Position numbers and translations under genes: made by a program. The notes beneath the pieces were generated by a model that saw only the letters and a list, made by a program, of their open reading frames with translations, ran no database searches and was not told the DNA's origin. 64,000 nucleotides of DNA from Hydrolagus colliei (lineage: Eukaryota): the NCBI GenBank assembly GCA_035084275.1, contig CM068755.1, forward strand, positions 10,540,001 through 10,604,000. Reading direction: 5' to 3'. Shown here piece after piece: positions 24,607 to 37,640 of this stretch (positions within the stretch are counted from its first letter, which is position 1; each line of letters opens with the position of its first letter).

Positions 24607-27600
24607 TAACAAGGCAGGTCAGCTCCTGCAGTTATACCTCACCTCAGCTTTCTGCTGTTGTACAGAGCATCTTAGGTGGAAACTGAGAACAGGTGAGCTG
24701 AAACATTGTCTGAGCACGAGGAGGGGGCGGAGGCCAGAGCTTCAAACTCAAAGACCTTTGGATGGGATTGAAAAGATCGGCAGAGCTGCTGGTCGACAGT
24801 CCTAACAGTTACATTTGAGCACTTGGCTCATTAAAAGTATGAAATAAAATGAATGAGAGGGCTTTTTTGGTGTTGTTTTACTGGAACTATTAAAGGCACC
24901 ATTCATGGTAAATTATTTGTAGTGAACAATGGAGATTTGAAACATATAAATTACATGAAAGATTAAAAGTGTTTAAACATCTGTTTTGAATACTGTACAG
25001 CGGAACAGACCATAATGATTACTGAAACACTTAATATCCGTACTTGTGTTTACCACATGGTTGCACAAAACCAGGCTATTCTTTGTTCTGATGGCTCTGT
25101 TTACCAGATTAGCTACAGGATTCTCCCAGATCAAGTTCTAGGTCGAGGAGAGCGATGCAGATAATAGTGCAGTTTGTAGCTAGTCCCAGTATAGACTGTG
25201 CCAACTTCTAAAGCGTTAAAGCAATTCAAGGCACATACTAATTAAATAAGGATCTATTTTTCTAGTCGTGATTCATTGTCCCTCAAGGCAAAATGGGTAT
25301 CACATGAAGCTTTATACAACATTTGTATGATTAATATTATCATGTACAGCTTTGTTGGCTTTCAAAGACATCTCAGGAATGTGTGCTCAATGAATGAAAC
25401 TGTACCTGTTTGTACACAGTTCACAAGAAAGTCGTTCACTTGGCTTCGAATGATAGGCAAAGAAAACAATTACACTTTGCTAAATATATTAAATTATTAT
25501 TAATGTCTAGAGTTATTCAGCTTGATTTCAGAATTTTACTTCGGCACATTCTGCACTTCCGACACAAATGGAAAGCTCATTGGGTAAATGGAAGCCTTTG
25601 GAATGATGGTAGCTAGCTAGGGATAAATGTGAAACATTTGTGTTAGAAATGCAATCGAGACACCCTGATAACTTTATTCTATGTCAGAGTAACCTTTATG
25701 AGGGTTCAAGATCAGAGTTTGTATGAGATAGAGGATCCTTGGGGCTGACAAAGGTACCTTGAAGTTAGTGAATGGCAGAGGGAATGAGTTTTACAAACCA
25801 AATAACTCTCTCTTGTTCCATATTTTGTTTCAATTTATGTTGTTGTGGAGGAATTTTGTTTGAATCTAATGTGTACAAATGTTCTGTGCAAGTAGGTTGC
25901 CCAGATATTCTTCTATTTTGGACAAGAAAGATTTATTTAGCTGGACTTCAGTCCTCCTACTCCATAATGTGAATCTCACTGAATTAATTGGTGTTGATAG
26001 ATCACCAGTGCTGGGTGTGTAAAATTTTGATTGATTTACACATAGCTTGAAGGAAAACTGCGAACAGAATTCATATTTACCTTACATATACTCTATATGC
26101 TGTAAATCATTTGACAGTTGTGTCGTGAACATGGGAAAGGGAGGCAGCCATTGTGCCATCCATGTTCTTTTGATTTAGATAAGTGTACTTTGCCCAAACA
26201 AAGAAGTGCTTGGAATTACATCTCACCAGAATTGTTCTATCTTTCACCTTCCTCCACAAGAGGATGCTGCAATGCTTCCGACCAATTGTATGTGGTCTGA
26301 CAATGTCCAGGTGACCCTGTTTCAGAGGTTCTCCTTTCGCATCATTTACACAAAACAAGCAGGAAGCGAGCGTACATTTGATTTGTAATCCTCAAAAATC
26401 CTTATATCATTTACATCAGTACCCACTCACCATAGATGGTTATGATGCTAATTTGAAATCAGCTAAAATTCTGTGGGTTCAGAGCACCATAAATTGAGTA
26501 TCTATTTGGCAGGCGATTTGCTATGAAATGCTATAGAAGAAAGGTTAAATGAATTTGGATGTTTGTCTGTTCCAACCAGCAACAAAAAAAATCTAGTCAA
26601 CTATTGACAGCAGGTTCTTTGGATAAATGCACTATTAAGTCAGGGTAGACTACTAAATTATGAAGAGCTTAATTCTTACTATATTTTGAGTCTAAATCAC
26701 TCCTTCTGCCAGTGATGATTACCTTATGTTTCCTCTGTTTACACTTAACAGAAACACAATAGAATTAACCATTTTAAGATGTATCTACATGTATATGTTG
26801 GGATCTGAATGAGAAGTACAGTACAAGGATTAGCTCTGTCAGTTTCAATGATACAGTTTGTATGTGTTATCAGGAAGCAGATGCTGTTCTTTATTTGGAA
26901 ACGTTCATACCTCATAAGTCCTGCTGCTCTCAAAAACTTGTGTTAATCCCAAAATAATAACCAACTGCAAGTTGTGAATAAGCTGCCACCTGCACGTCTG
27001 TTCCTGTTGTGTGATGTGCACTGAACCTGCAGTGACAATAAAATGGGCCGCGGCTTGTAACTGTGCAATACAATTATAAGTAGGACTTGTTTAAAAATAG
27101 AAATACATAAACCATTAAACAAAACTGGATTTTCTAACACAGCAATAAACAACATCTTTGTACACGGATAGCACCTTTCACAACAGGGCCTTTCACAAAG
27201 AGAAATTATTGTACAAAGAGGCAACAGTAAGTATATTCTACCGTAACATTAATTGCATTGACCTTCCTAAAATATCATAATAAGTACCAATCCAACCCGA
27301 GGTATAAAAATTGAGTTTCAGTAATTACACATCATAAATTCTTTTTTTCAAACTGCGAACCAATGAATGATGCAGTGCTTCTTAATTGGAGGAGTTCTAT
27401 AAATTGTTAGGTTGTTAAGGAGCTCTGGTGAGAGAGGAAGCGCGGGAGTTGGATTCTCAGAGTGTACAGGCACAAAGCGTAGCCAGCTTGCTTGGGTTTG
27501 ACACTGCATATCCATGTTCGTTTAATGAAAACCTTAACCAATTTCTGGTGCATTACTTATGATCTTGATAGACTTGAGTGGCAGTTTGTTTTGCTTTATT

Positions 27601-27716
27601 TTGGGGCATAAGCTCTTGTTTTAGTGTTGTTTCTGAACAAAACAAAGAAATTTTGATTTTAGAAACCGTTATTGGCCTAAAATAGAATTTCACACCAAAT
27701 TTTCCTTTGGTTTCAG

Positions 27717-27818
27717 CATTTCATGTGTGCTGGCTTGTGGTGTTTAGTGGAAGGGGACACATCATGTAAAACTAAGCTGGATCCCCCGCTAGATGGTACA
27801 GAATGTGGCACTGATAAG
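27717..27818 (+). CDS. ADAMTS17: ADAMTS17 exon (about exon 11): [34 protein letters not shown]
   Basis: tttcag acceptor, gtaagt donor, 102 nt; disintegrin-like DGTEC motif. Confidence 0.96.
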
Positions 27819-28556
27819 GTAAGTTAAAGATGTGTAAAGTTTCATTTGGTTTACGCTTTGGGTCACTTTTCATTTAAAAATGATCTTTTCTGTTCACAAC
27901 ATGAGGGATCAAAGCGTAATGCCAATGGCTGCGTGCTTCCAAGTAAGAACAGTCCTGAACGTCTGATCAGAAGAAATTGCATTGCAGCTAATGAATCCAT
28001 ATGTCATTGAATGAAATTGGAGCAAGTTTCTCAGATCTTGGTCATGTGAGACTGAACTCTTGTCACGGTGTCAAATGCTTCATCTGAAAATGAGGAGAGA
28101 TAACAACAATAACTTGCATTTATAGAGAGCCCTTCACACAGGTTAGCATCTCAGAAATCTTAGATCAACTCCTAGTATCGTGCTCTGCCACTGTCAAGTG
28201 CTCTGGGATGCTACCCTGGGTGTGGGGTGCTATATAAATGTGAGTTGTTGTTGCAGCATCATGCTGTGTTTGCTCAAATGTGCATTAGATTCGGGGATGT
28301 CTGTGCTTTATTAAAACAGACACCAAGTAGCATTCTCCAGCGAAGACTACAAAAGGCAGTGAGCGATTGAATGAGAAATTTCCACATTCACATGTGATTT
28401 TGCTTCTCTCTGTTGGCACGGCTATTCCTGTAGCTGCCTGAAGCATTGAACCACAACAGAGAGAACAAACAAACAAACAAAACTTACATTTATATAGCGC
28501 CTTCTACGTCGAGAGGACATCCCAAGGACATCCCAAGAACATTAGACAAACGCCTA

Positions 28557-28584
28557 GTGTGTGTGTGTGTGCGTGTGTTTGTGT
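28557..28584 (+). repeat. Imperfect (TG)n microsatellite upstream of the TSR1 exon acceptor
   Basis: gtgtgtgtgtgtgtgcgtgtgtttgtgt. Confidence 0.9.
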
Positions 28585-28624
28585 ATATTTATTTATTCTT
28601 TGCATGCCTGTCGCTGTGATTAAG

Positions 28625-28770
28625 TGGTGCAGGGCAGGGGAGTGTGTAAGCAAAACCCCAATCCCGGAGCACGTCGATGGAGACTGGAGCACTTGGAGCC
28701 AGTGGAGTATGTGCAGCAGGACATGTGGAACCGGAGCAAGGTTCAGGCAAAGAAAATGCGACAATCCGCC
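28625..28770 (+). CDS. ADAMTS17: ADAMTS17 exon (about exon 12), TSR1: [48 protein letters not shown](P)
   Basis: ttaag acceptor, gtaagt donor, 146 nt; WxxWxxW and CSRTCG TSR motifs. Confidence 0.95.
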
Positions 28771-29944
28771 GTAAGTTACTGTGACTGTTTGTAAACAGGC
28801 TGTGATTTCTTACTGTGATGCTGTCATTATGAGCTCTCTGCGTTTGCCAAAGTGTGCGAGGGTGTTCAAAGCTAAGAATGCATTGCAGGAGTTCTTTGAT
28901 AATTAAGACCATTGCGTGTGCTGCAGAAATAAACCTGTTTATTGCATGCATTTATGCTTCAAGCGGATCTGAACCAGTGCTTGTAGTAAAATAACTCAGG
29001 GATATTGCAGTTGTGTTGCCTACTCCAATTCACTTTGGGTCCATGATAAGTCAAACTCTACACGTGTGCAACTACCTAACCAGCCAAAACCTTCTGCAAA
29101 TTCTTCATGCCATTAAAAAGCCCGGGAGTGTGACTGGCTCTCTAAATAGTTCCTACATCCACTGCAACAAAAGCAAATCGATTTGATTTGGAAATGGTTT
29201 TGCAGCAATATTATAAATCTAGTTGCTGTCAGTTCCGCTGCAGTTCTGTTGCACTCCCAGCGTTCAGTCAACATGGAAAGCAATTGAATTGACACAAACT
29301 ATGTAATATAATCGGGCCAATTTTTCTCCTCCAATTTTCTCCTCTCGTCCTTTCCTGATTTGGGTTGATTCCTTTTCCGTTTTACAGTAATGATTCCATG
29401 GGGACCCAGTCCTGCACCCAAGTAGCCATTTTCCATGTGTGTTTCAACGGTTTTTGGAGTCATTTCAACTGGGGAAAGGGCAGGAATAACGTAACTGAGG
29501 CTGATCGTGTCCTCACCTAATGTAGGCAATATATACACCTTCCAGCATGGGGTCTCTGGATCATGATCAAGAATGCTATCGGAATTTGATTAGAATCTCT
29601 GGCTGAGTATCCCCCTCCCCAATCTATGGTCCCTGAGACTGTTTTCTAACAGTTAAATTGCTGCTTTGGCCATTGCTAAATATTTAATCAAGCGAAGTAA
29701 GGGTTCAAGTGCTCGGAATGATCTTAAAATGCACTAAACTATCCTTCTTTAATTATCACGGGTGCTTGAAATGAAATAGAAAAAAACGTGTTCACAAGAA
29801 GCAATGAGAAAACATGTGCAAACTTCATTCTGCGATGTGGAATAACTGACTTTAGATTGAAAGAGAGGAAGCCAGGGTAATTGTGTGAGCTGATTTATGT
29901 GGCTCCATCTAATAACTGGTTTGATGATGCTTTGTATTGACTAG

Positions 29945-30111
29945 CCCTGGGCCTGGAGGAAAGAGTTGCGAGAGAGCCAGTGTGGAGCACAAAGTGTGTG
30001 AAAACTCGCCCTGCTTAAAAGGGGTGTCCAGTTTCAGAGATCAGCAATGCCAGTCTCAAGACAGACAAGGTTATAAGAAGAGAAAGCACTGGACAGCCGT
30101 GCTCAACGATG
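29945..30111 (+). CDS. ADAMTS17: ADAMTS17 exon (about exon 13): [55 protein letters not shown]
   Basis: gactag acceptor, gtaatc donor, 167 nt; end of TSR1 and FRxQQC of the Cys-rich domain. Confidence 0.95.
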
Positions 30112-31539
30112 GTAATCAAATCTATTTCTTTCAACGACTGAAAGCGTATTGATCAATCAAACATATAAGACCCAGTCCTCCTATATTGTTTTCATTTGCT
30201 TTAATGTGCAATCCTTTGATCTTGTAAAAGATCAATGTGTCATCCGGATTCGGATGTTTCCAACATTACGTTTAGTATTCTTCGAGTCAGTGGCTCCCAC
30301 TTTTTCTGACAGTGTTTTCTGCCTCACCATTAGTGCCCTTGCTCTACACCACAAGAGATCTTGTTCTGCTGTCACATTAACAATGGGTAGTCCCATTACA
30401 ATGTTTACTCGTGCTCATGGAGGTTCACCCCAGCATAATAATGGTGCAAACAAAACCCACAAACCAAGACATTATTAAGAAACATGAATCGGCTTGGAGA
30501 GGGAAGAGAGGAGAGCAAAACTGCAGTTCAGCCGCAGGGTTGAAGCTAAACGTTTAGGTATTTTACGCCAGCTTTGAAGTCACTGAGTGTCCTGGAGCTT
30601 TGTTGACGGTTCCCAGTCAGCATTAAATCTTCATTACGTTTACACATTGGCATATGCCAAAAATGCAAATTCCACATTAATTCACTTCCAGGCACTGTAT
30701 GATTTTCATAGTACATTAACGTGTTCTTTCTGAAGAAATCTGTCTGGCCTAAAGTTGTATTGTATGATTGCTGATTTATGAGTTTGTCCTGTTATATTCT
30801 GGGGGTGGCATTGGCAGTGATTTAACAGCCCTGTAAGGTGTAACGTGTCTTGTGCTGACTCCAACTTATCCCAATGAAGTCGGCTATCTGTCGAAATCAC
30901 ACGGCACTTTGTAAACAAACACCATCTGCAGAATGTATGAGCAATTCAGATTAATATTCCCCTTTGAATCTTGACCTGGTTTGATTGTATTTTGGATTCT
31001 ATCCATGTGGCCCAAAGTTATAATTTTTGTTAGGCTCCTGCAATGATGCTTTGTGTTGAAGAAGTAACTTAGCTGCACGTTCTAAACCAGCCAGGAATAA
31101 TACTAATGGTTATTGAGAGAAATACTATCAGAACCACGTGGAATAACACAAGCCCACTGCACCTGGACAGTATAGCTGTAAGCAATAATGTGCACATTCT
31201 TAGGACTTGGGAGCAAATGAAAGACATACATGAGTTTCATAGTGAGTGTAGACACCCTGCAATATAAGAGATGACTTATTGGGATTGTTGCAGAAATGCA
31301 AACGAGGTGAGGCTCAAGAGACTGACATACGTTCACCTCCAGCGTAGTGATAAGTTCAGGTGATTGTATCCTCATTTATATTTTTCCAAGTTCACTCTTC
31401 TAGGGAGAGGGGGAAATCCCAACATTGAGAACTCGCAATTGTTAGCAAGGGCTAAGGATTATCATCCAATGACAGACCTATAATTCTCAAATTGATTGTC
31501 TAATATACGATGAGACATTGAGACACAAGCGATCATCTT

Positions 31540-31680
31540 CAAGGGGACGTGTCAGTGCGTTAGCAGGTCTTATGACGGCAGAGGTGATCAAAACAAATTT
31601 ACTGCATTTCTTTGAGGAAGTTACAGGCCTACTGATTAGGGTGCTGGATGTTGTTCATCTGTATTTGATAAAACTCATAA
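31540..31680 (+). mobile_element. CR1-type reverse transcriptase remnant
   Basis: TNLLHFFEEVT..LDVVHL resembles CR1 TNLLEFFEEVT..VDVVYLDF. Confidence 0.7.
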
Positions 31681-32035
31681 AACTGTTCCATTTGATAAAT
31701 GCAGGACCAGGGCAATCTGAACTGCTCATTAATTCAGCAGATGACCTTTATTTGCAAACTGCTGTCTGATCCCGATAATGCCCTTGAATACACTTGAATC
31801 AATGCAAGGCTAAGGAACAACAGGTTGCACCATATAAACTGCAAAATTACTGCCAACAAAGCCCTCAGAGTATAAGTTGTGACCTGAATTGGTTGCGTTT
31901 TGTTCCTACAGTTGACTCTAATAACTCATTGATGACTCTTTAATTGACTCTGGAAGGTGTAACATGTCTTGTGCTGATTCCATCTTATCCCAATGGAGAG
32001 CGCTATCGAAATCACACAGCATGAGAATAAAGTTA

Positions 32036-32360
32036 TGGAGTCCTGTAGCTCAATGGTTAGAGCACTCACCTTGCAAGCGAGAGACCTGGGTTCAAATCTA
32101 GACAGGGTGAATCCTTGGGCGAGTTTCCTTACTCCATATACCTGATTCTCTCAAATAAAAAACATATCTGTTTGCCTAAAAACAATAATAAATTGGTCAT
32201 TTCAATCCATCACTGTTTGTGGGACACTGCTGTGCGTAATTGGCTGCTGCATTTTGCCCACCAATATACTGTCACTTAACTTCACAGTATATTCTGTGAA
32301 GTGCTTTGAGACATCTAGAAGTCGTGAAAAGCGATATATCAAATGCAAAGATTATTATTA
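32036..32360 (+). mobile_element. Same SINE family, full length
   Basis: Head with A/B boxes, body and ATT tail as in other copies. Confidence 0.9.
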
Positions 32361-32795
32361 CAGTAGTAAAGTTATTGTGTTGCCTGTTGAAGAACCCGAA
32401 ATTTTCAATGATCTTGTGGTCAAATGAGCTCAGTACAATCCATACCTGCCCTCTGCACTGCACTTGTGTAATTCCCATTAGGGCTGTGGCATGGTTTCTG
32501 TGGCCTGTCCGCTTGTTTGTGTTGCATGGCTGGCAGGGGAAAGCATCCAATTTCATGGCAAAGGTGTGGATGCAGCGCTGAATTTCGAAAACATCGATCA
32601 GGTTTTGGTGCCGAATGTTCTCTTGTCTCTTCGGCTGAAACCATGCCCTTGGCACCTATCTGCAACAAATTGGTAGCAGTATTTTCGCTGCATGTTATCA
32701 GAATGACTTTGGAAACGATTACTACTGCGTATCTCCAGATAGTCTGTCGCTAATTGTTTACAGTTATTATTCATTTCTATTTAGTTTTATTAGAA

Positions 32796-32823
32796 ACACC
32801 ACCCCCCCCCCCACCACCCCCCT
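32796..32823. repeat. Poly-C tract (a second one at about 33415-33460)
   Basis: Directly visible. Confidence 0.9.
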
Positions 32824-34237
32824 TTGCTGAATAACCCACAACATCTCGCACATTGTGGTTCACGCACAATTAGTGATCGTAATTGTGAGGGTGAGCTACA
32901 GGATAGTGCCGGTGAACGTGGAACTCAATCCAAGCAGAAGGAAAAGGAGTTGCAGACATAGAGGAGAGGAGGAAATTGGCAAAGAGGGAGCGGAAAAAAT
33001 ACATCTCCATATGATGGCATTTTTGGCCATTACATGCAATAGAAAAAAGTTTACTGGGTCATACATTTTCTAGAAAACCACATTAATTTTCTAGCTACTA
33101 CGCTGTCTGAAAGCATGTCTTAGGAGCCAATAAATGCTTTCACCATTAACCACAGAATTGGATGTCAGATTTGTTTCGTAGTGGTGCCGGTCTCTGAATG
33201 TGTTTACATGAGCAGCTTATTTTCCAGTAACAAAGCTATTCCAAGTGTCAGAACCGGTTCAACCACAGCTGTTGCCCATGCAGTGATTGTTTGTGGAGAG
33301 GCTGGTCAGAGTTATGAATTTGGTTGTAATGGAAAATGCATAGAACAGTCGTGGGACAGGAAATAATCTGGAATCAGCCAGGCTAGCCCGAAGGACATCT
33401 TCTGTTTGTTGAACTCCCCCCCCCCCCCCCCACACCCTCACCCCACCCCACTTACCCCATCTACCTCATGTTCAGTTGATCTGGGCAATTTCAATATTCA
33501 ATTTTTCAAAGTCCTCCAGTATACTTACTCGGGCCTTTTGGAATTAGTGAAAATATGAGGTTGTTTGGTTGCTTTTCTCTTTTGAAGGCATCCGCTGCAC
33601 TAATCAAACCACTGAGTTTACATCTGAGTGAGATGGGTATTCCTTGCAGAACAAAATAATATCAGGGACACGTAGACAACAGAGAAGAATTTCCACTAAT
33701 TGCCCAGCAGACTCTAAACGTGGTCCAAGCCGAATTATGAAACTTTTGGGTGGGCCTAAATTGGAATCTCGGATGGTGGATTTCGGCCTTTCTAAACTGC
33801 TTTACTGGATAATGTCTTAACTAAATTGACAGCCAGTAAGGTCATACTTGACAGCTAGTTACACCGAGTGATACGGAATAGAAACAGGCTATTTCTCTCA
33901 ACTAGACCATGCCAGTTCTTGTATTCCACGTGAGCTCCCACCCTCCTGTTCCCCTCCATTATACTACATTCACCCCCACATCTGTTCCCGCTTCTAAAAC
34001 AGCAACCTAACGAGTGGGCTACCAAGATACAGGCTTGCATTATTTTCTCAGTTTATCTGCTACCAGTATTGGGAGGTCAGAGGAAGTTAAAGGATTTCAA
34101 AGCATATTTACTAAAATTTTGTCCCCATTGTAATTTATTTGTTCTCCAAGTTGCACTTTTCTCTTTGTTTGTATATCCATGAAGCACTTATCCTCATACG
34201 TGCCTATGCTAATCAGAGCAGCCTGTTTCTGTTACAG

Positions 34238-34365
34238 ACAAGCCGTGTGCCTTATTTTGCTCTGCTTTTGGAAAAGAATCCACAATCCTGGTAACTCAAC
34301 GTGTTCTTGATGGAACTCCTTGTGGACCCTATGAGACTGACCTGTGTGTGAATGGCAAATGCCAG
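34238..34365 (+). CDS. ADAMTS17: ADAMTS17 exon (about exon 14): (D)[42 protein letters not shown]
   Basis: gttacag acceptor, gtgagt donor, 128 nt; VLDGTPC motif. Confidence 0.96.
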
Positions 34366-35974
34366 GTGAGTGTCACATTCCAAAGAATGTTTTTCTTTGC
34401 AGTCATTAACAGCACCCATGTTACTCTTTGGCTTTGGAAAGGTGAGTACCGTATCTTCCTGTTTCTTTTGCCCTTCATACTGACTGTTCCATCTGATGTT
34501 AACACAGAGAAGGCATCTTAGAATAAAGTTTGTTATTAGTCTAAATTATAGCTGCAGCCGGACCTTGTTCCAATGTGGCTTGGGTCATTAAATCTGTGTC
34601 AACTCATATTAGGATATGCTAAAAATGGCTGCCAGTCAGCATATCCAGGTCTTTAAGTCATCACTGATTTCACGTCTTGTGTGGTGCATACTACCCTAAG
34701 CAATAACCTTTAAGATATGGGATATACTTCTGACGTGAAAGGCGCTATACAAATATAATTTTTTTGTTGTTGTTTAAGTAAGGCCTCTCTTCTCTACATA
34801 TGTGCACGTTTTCTATATAAACAGTTTTTTGTTTCGCAGAAGAGTGAGCTATACCATATGGAATCCTTTAAAACGTTGATTATATAATGAGCAAGTCACC
34901 TTCTGTCATCCAAAGCTTGAAAGTGCGTGATATGGTTCTGGGATGGAAACAATCTGTTGTGAATAGCGAGAGGGCATTCTTCTTCCACAGTGTTAATATA
35001 GACACATGTTCTATGTCTTCTGCCAGCTGTCCAAGAGAAGTAGAGTGAAATGCTTCAGTGGAACCATCTTATTGAAACAATTTGATGGAATATTAATAGC
35101 AATATTTACAGGATGGTTTTGGAACAGGTGTAAATAGAGTTGCCACCTGTACTGCTCAAGCAAATAATCTTGAGATAAAAGGACTGAGATAAAAAGGTTA
35201 GACTTTAGCAATGTGATAATAATGCACTTTGCCATCTCAATGTTGTATTACATTTATTTGCGTTAAGTTACAAATGGTGTTTCTCACTTATTTACCTGAT
35301 TTCGACTTGCAGTCAGCACTGGTGCTGGCAACTGTGTGGATTGTAGCTTACTTTCATTAAAACCTCAGAAACAGAAAGCTTCCCTGTGACAGAGCAAGAG
35401 TTTGTTCAGCCTCTGGGAAGGGTTCACCTTTCCTACGTGTGGGTGGGGATGTTATTGCTTGACCAAGGAGATTGGAAAAACTTCTGAATTATGTTTGCTT
35501 GACATTTTATACAAGTGGACATTTGTGGGTGGTTTTACACTGTGGAACTAGGTTCATTCACCTAGGAGGATGAACCCAGGAGGTTGAGCTAAGAACATAA
35601 ATTCCCACCTGATATAGTGATAGTTAGAGCAAGGGAGAGAGATATGTCTTTTATTCTGTCTTTCTAACGATTGATATTCTATGAAACGTGTATGTACATG
35701 AGCCTCGTTCACCACCACCCTCATTATTCACTATTGATGAAGACAAAATTGACAGATTCTGTTCCACTGAATATCTGCAGAGGCTGTGTGCAGTTTTCTC
35801 AAGTTGTTCATTGTTGTTGAATGCTTCGGTGGTGTAGTTTTCTTTAATTCTGTGCAGATGCAGAAGTTCCACCCATGATTCGAAGCAGGGAGATCTCTCA
35901 CCCTGAGTTAGCTTTAAGGATGAAAGAACATCCAGAGATCGAACAAGAAAATCTGAAGGACATTAAGCATCAAT

Positions 35975-36220
35975 ACATAGAACTCTACAGCACAGAAACA
36001 GGATGATTGGCTCAGTGTTTATACCCCTTCTCCAGCCATCCTATTCCCTCCTCCTATTCCCCCACCCCCATTCCCCTCTCAAATGAGAAGCTTTCTGATT
36101 CAACCGCATATTCCATCAGTGAGTTCCACCTTCTTAGCACCACTGTGTAAAGAAGTTCTTCCTTAACTCCCATTTAGATCTATTACTGGCTAGCATGCAA
36201 ACTGGTGTCTAGTTCATCCT
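35975..36220 (-). mobile_element. CR1 3' fragment
   Basis: CATAGAA.TCTACAGCACAGAAACAGG tail and GAGTTCCAC..CACCACTGTGTAAAGAAGTTCTTCC. Similar remnants: 40-115(+), 13390-13510(-), 40935-41230(-), 59080-59260(-). Confidence 0.6.
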
Positions 36221-37348
36221 CATTTAAAAAATAAATGTGGCACTGGCTTTGCAATAGCATAACCATGTGTAAAAATGTGCATTATTTATGGGTAGGGAGA
36301 GAGGAGAATAGCAGGCTTTTCCTATACATATTTGATTACAATGAGCATTACAGACTAATAAATTATCTATTTACAGTAATTTGTCATTTTACCTTTCTTC
36401 AGTAAGTAACAAGTGTGAAACATCCTTGTTAACCCCTTGCCTTACCCCATCTCCCATATGTAGATTACTGCACGCTGTTATGCACTAGCTCTGTGGTCCT
36501 GAGTGAATGAATGTGAAAGAGATTAAGTTATTACAATATATATGTGTCTCAGAGCAGGCCCGTTCTTGACTCAGGTTAAGTATGTGATTGATTGGTGTAC
36601 AGCACTAGGACAGATCAAGTGCTTAATCTTGTTTCTTGGAGCAGACTAGTTATTCCCAAGATGTGCCTGGAGTACTTTATGTCTCTTGCAAAGAGGATGC
36701 AGCATGTTTTTTTTTAAAAATGTAAGATCATTGCTTTAGGACAGAACGTCAGGCTCAATGGATGCATCCCCCTGTTTCAATTGGCAATGCATTGAATTGT
36801 ACTCTTTTTTTATTATGTGTCGCGAATGGCAAATTATATGCTTATTTTATTAACTTACCTGTGCAATGTTGACCTGTTGTCTGCTCTCATAATAAAAAAT
36901 AATAGATCTCATTCCATGAAGTGGGTGAATACTATGGGAAAACAATCTAAATACACCGTACTGCTCAATCCCAGTGAAGCTGTAGCTGTATACAGAGGCC
37001 TTGGATGATAATGGATTTTTTGCCTCCAAACAATATGTGAGATGGAGAATTGATTCAGCTCAAATTTGTTTAGTTTGGGAAGATTTAGTAAATGTTTATC
37101 ATGAGTGCTGTATAGTGGGCGCCGTCTATCCTGACCCACAGCGGGACGTCCTCCCGACATGAAAGGTGCTCTATAAATGTAATTTTGTTGTTGTTGTTGT
37201 AATATTTGCGGATCTAAGCCTCCCCATTGCTATAAAGTGTTATTTTGTGGGGGGTTGGGAAGAGAGAGGAGGGTTGCCATCAATAGTTTGGATATTATTC
37301 TTAGGCAGCCAGGATTGCAACAACAAAGAAAATGCATGCCCTATAATA

Positions 37349-37640
37349 TATAATAATCTTTGCATTTGATATAGTGCCTGATCATGTCTTCGAGCCATCT
37401 CATACTGTAAAGTGAATTGACTGTATATTCGTGGGCGAAATGCAGCAGCCAATTGCTCACAGCAGTATACTGTAAACAGTCAGTGATTGAAGTGACCAAT
37501 TTATTATCTTTTTCTTGAGGGATCATTACCAGGCATGTGGAGTAAGGATAACTTGCCCAAGGTTTTGCCCTGCTGGGAATCAAATCCAGGTCTCACGCTT
37601 GCTAGACGAATGCTCTAACCACTGAGCCTCAGGACTCTAC
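37349..37640 (-). mobile_element. Same SINE family, full length, antisense
   Basis: Reverse complement of head (CTCTAACCACTGAGC..CAGGACTC) and tail (TAATAATCTTTGCATTTGATATAG). Confidence 0.9.
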
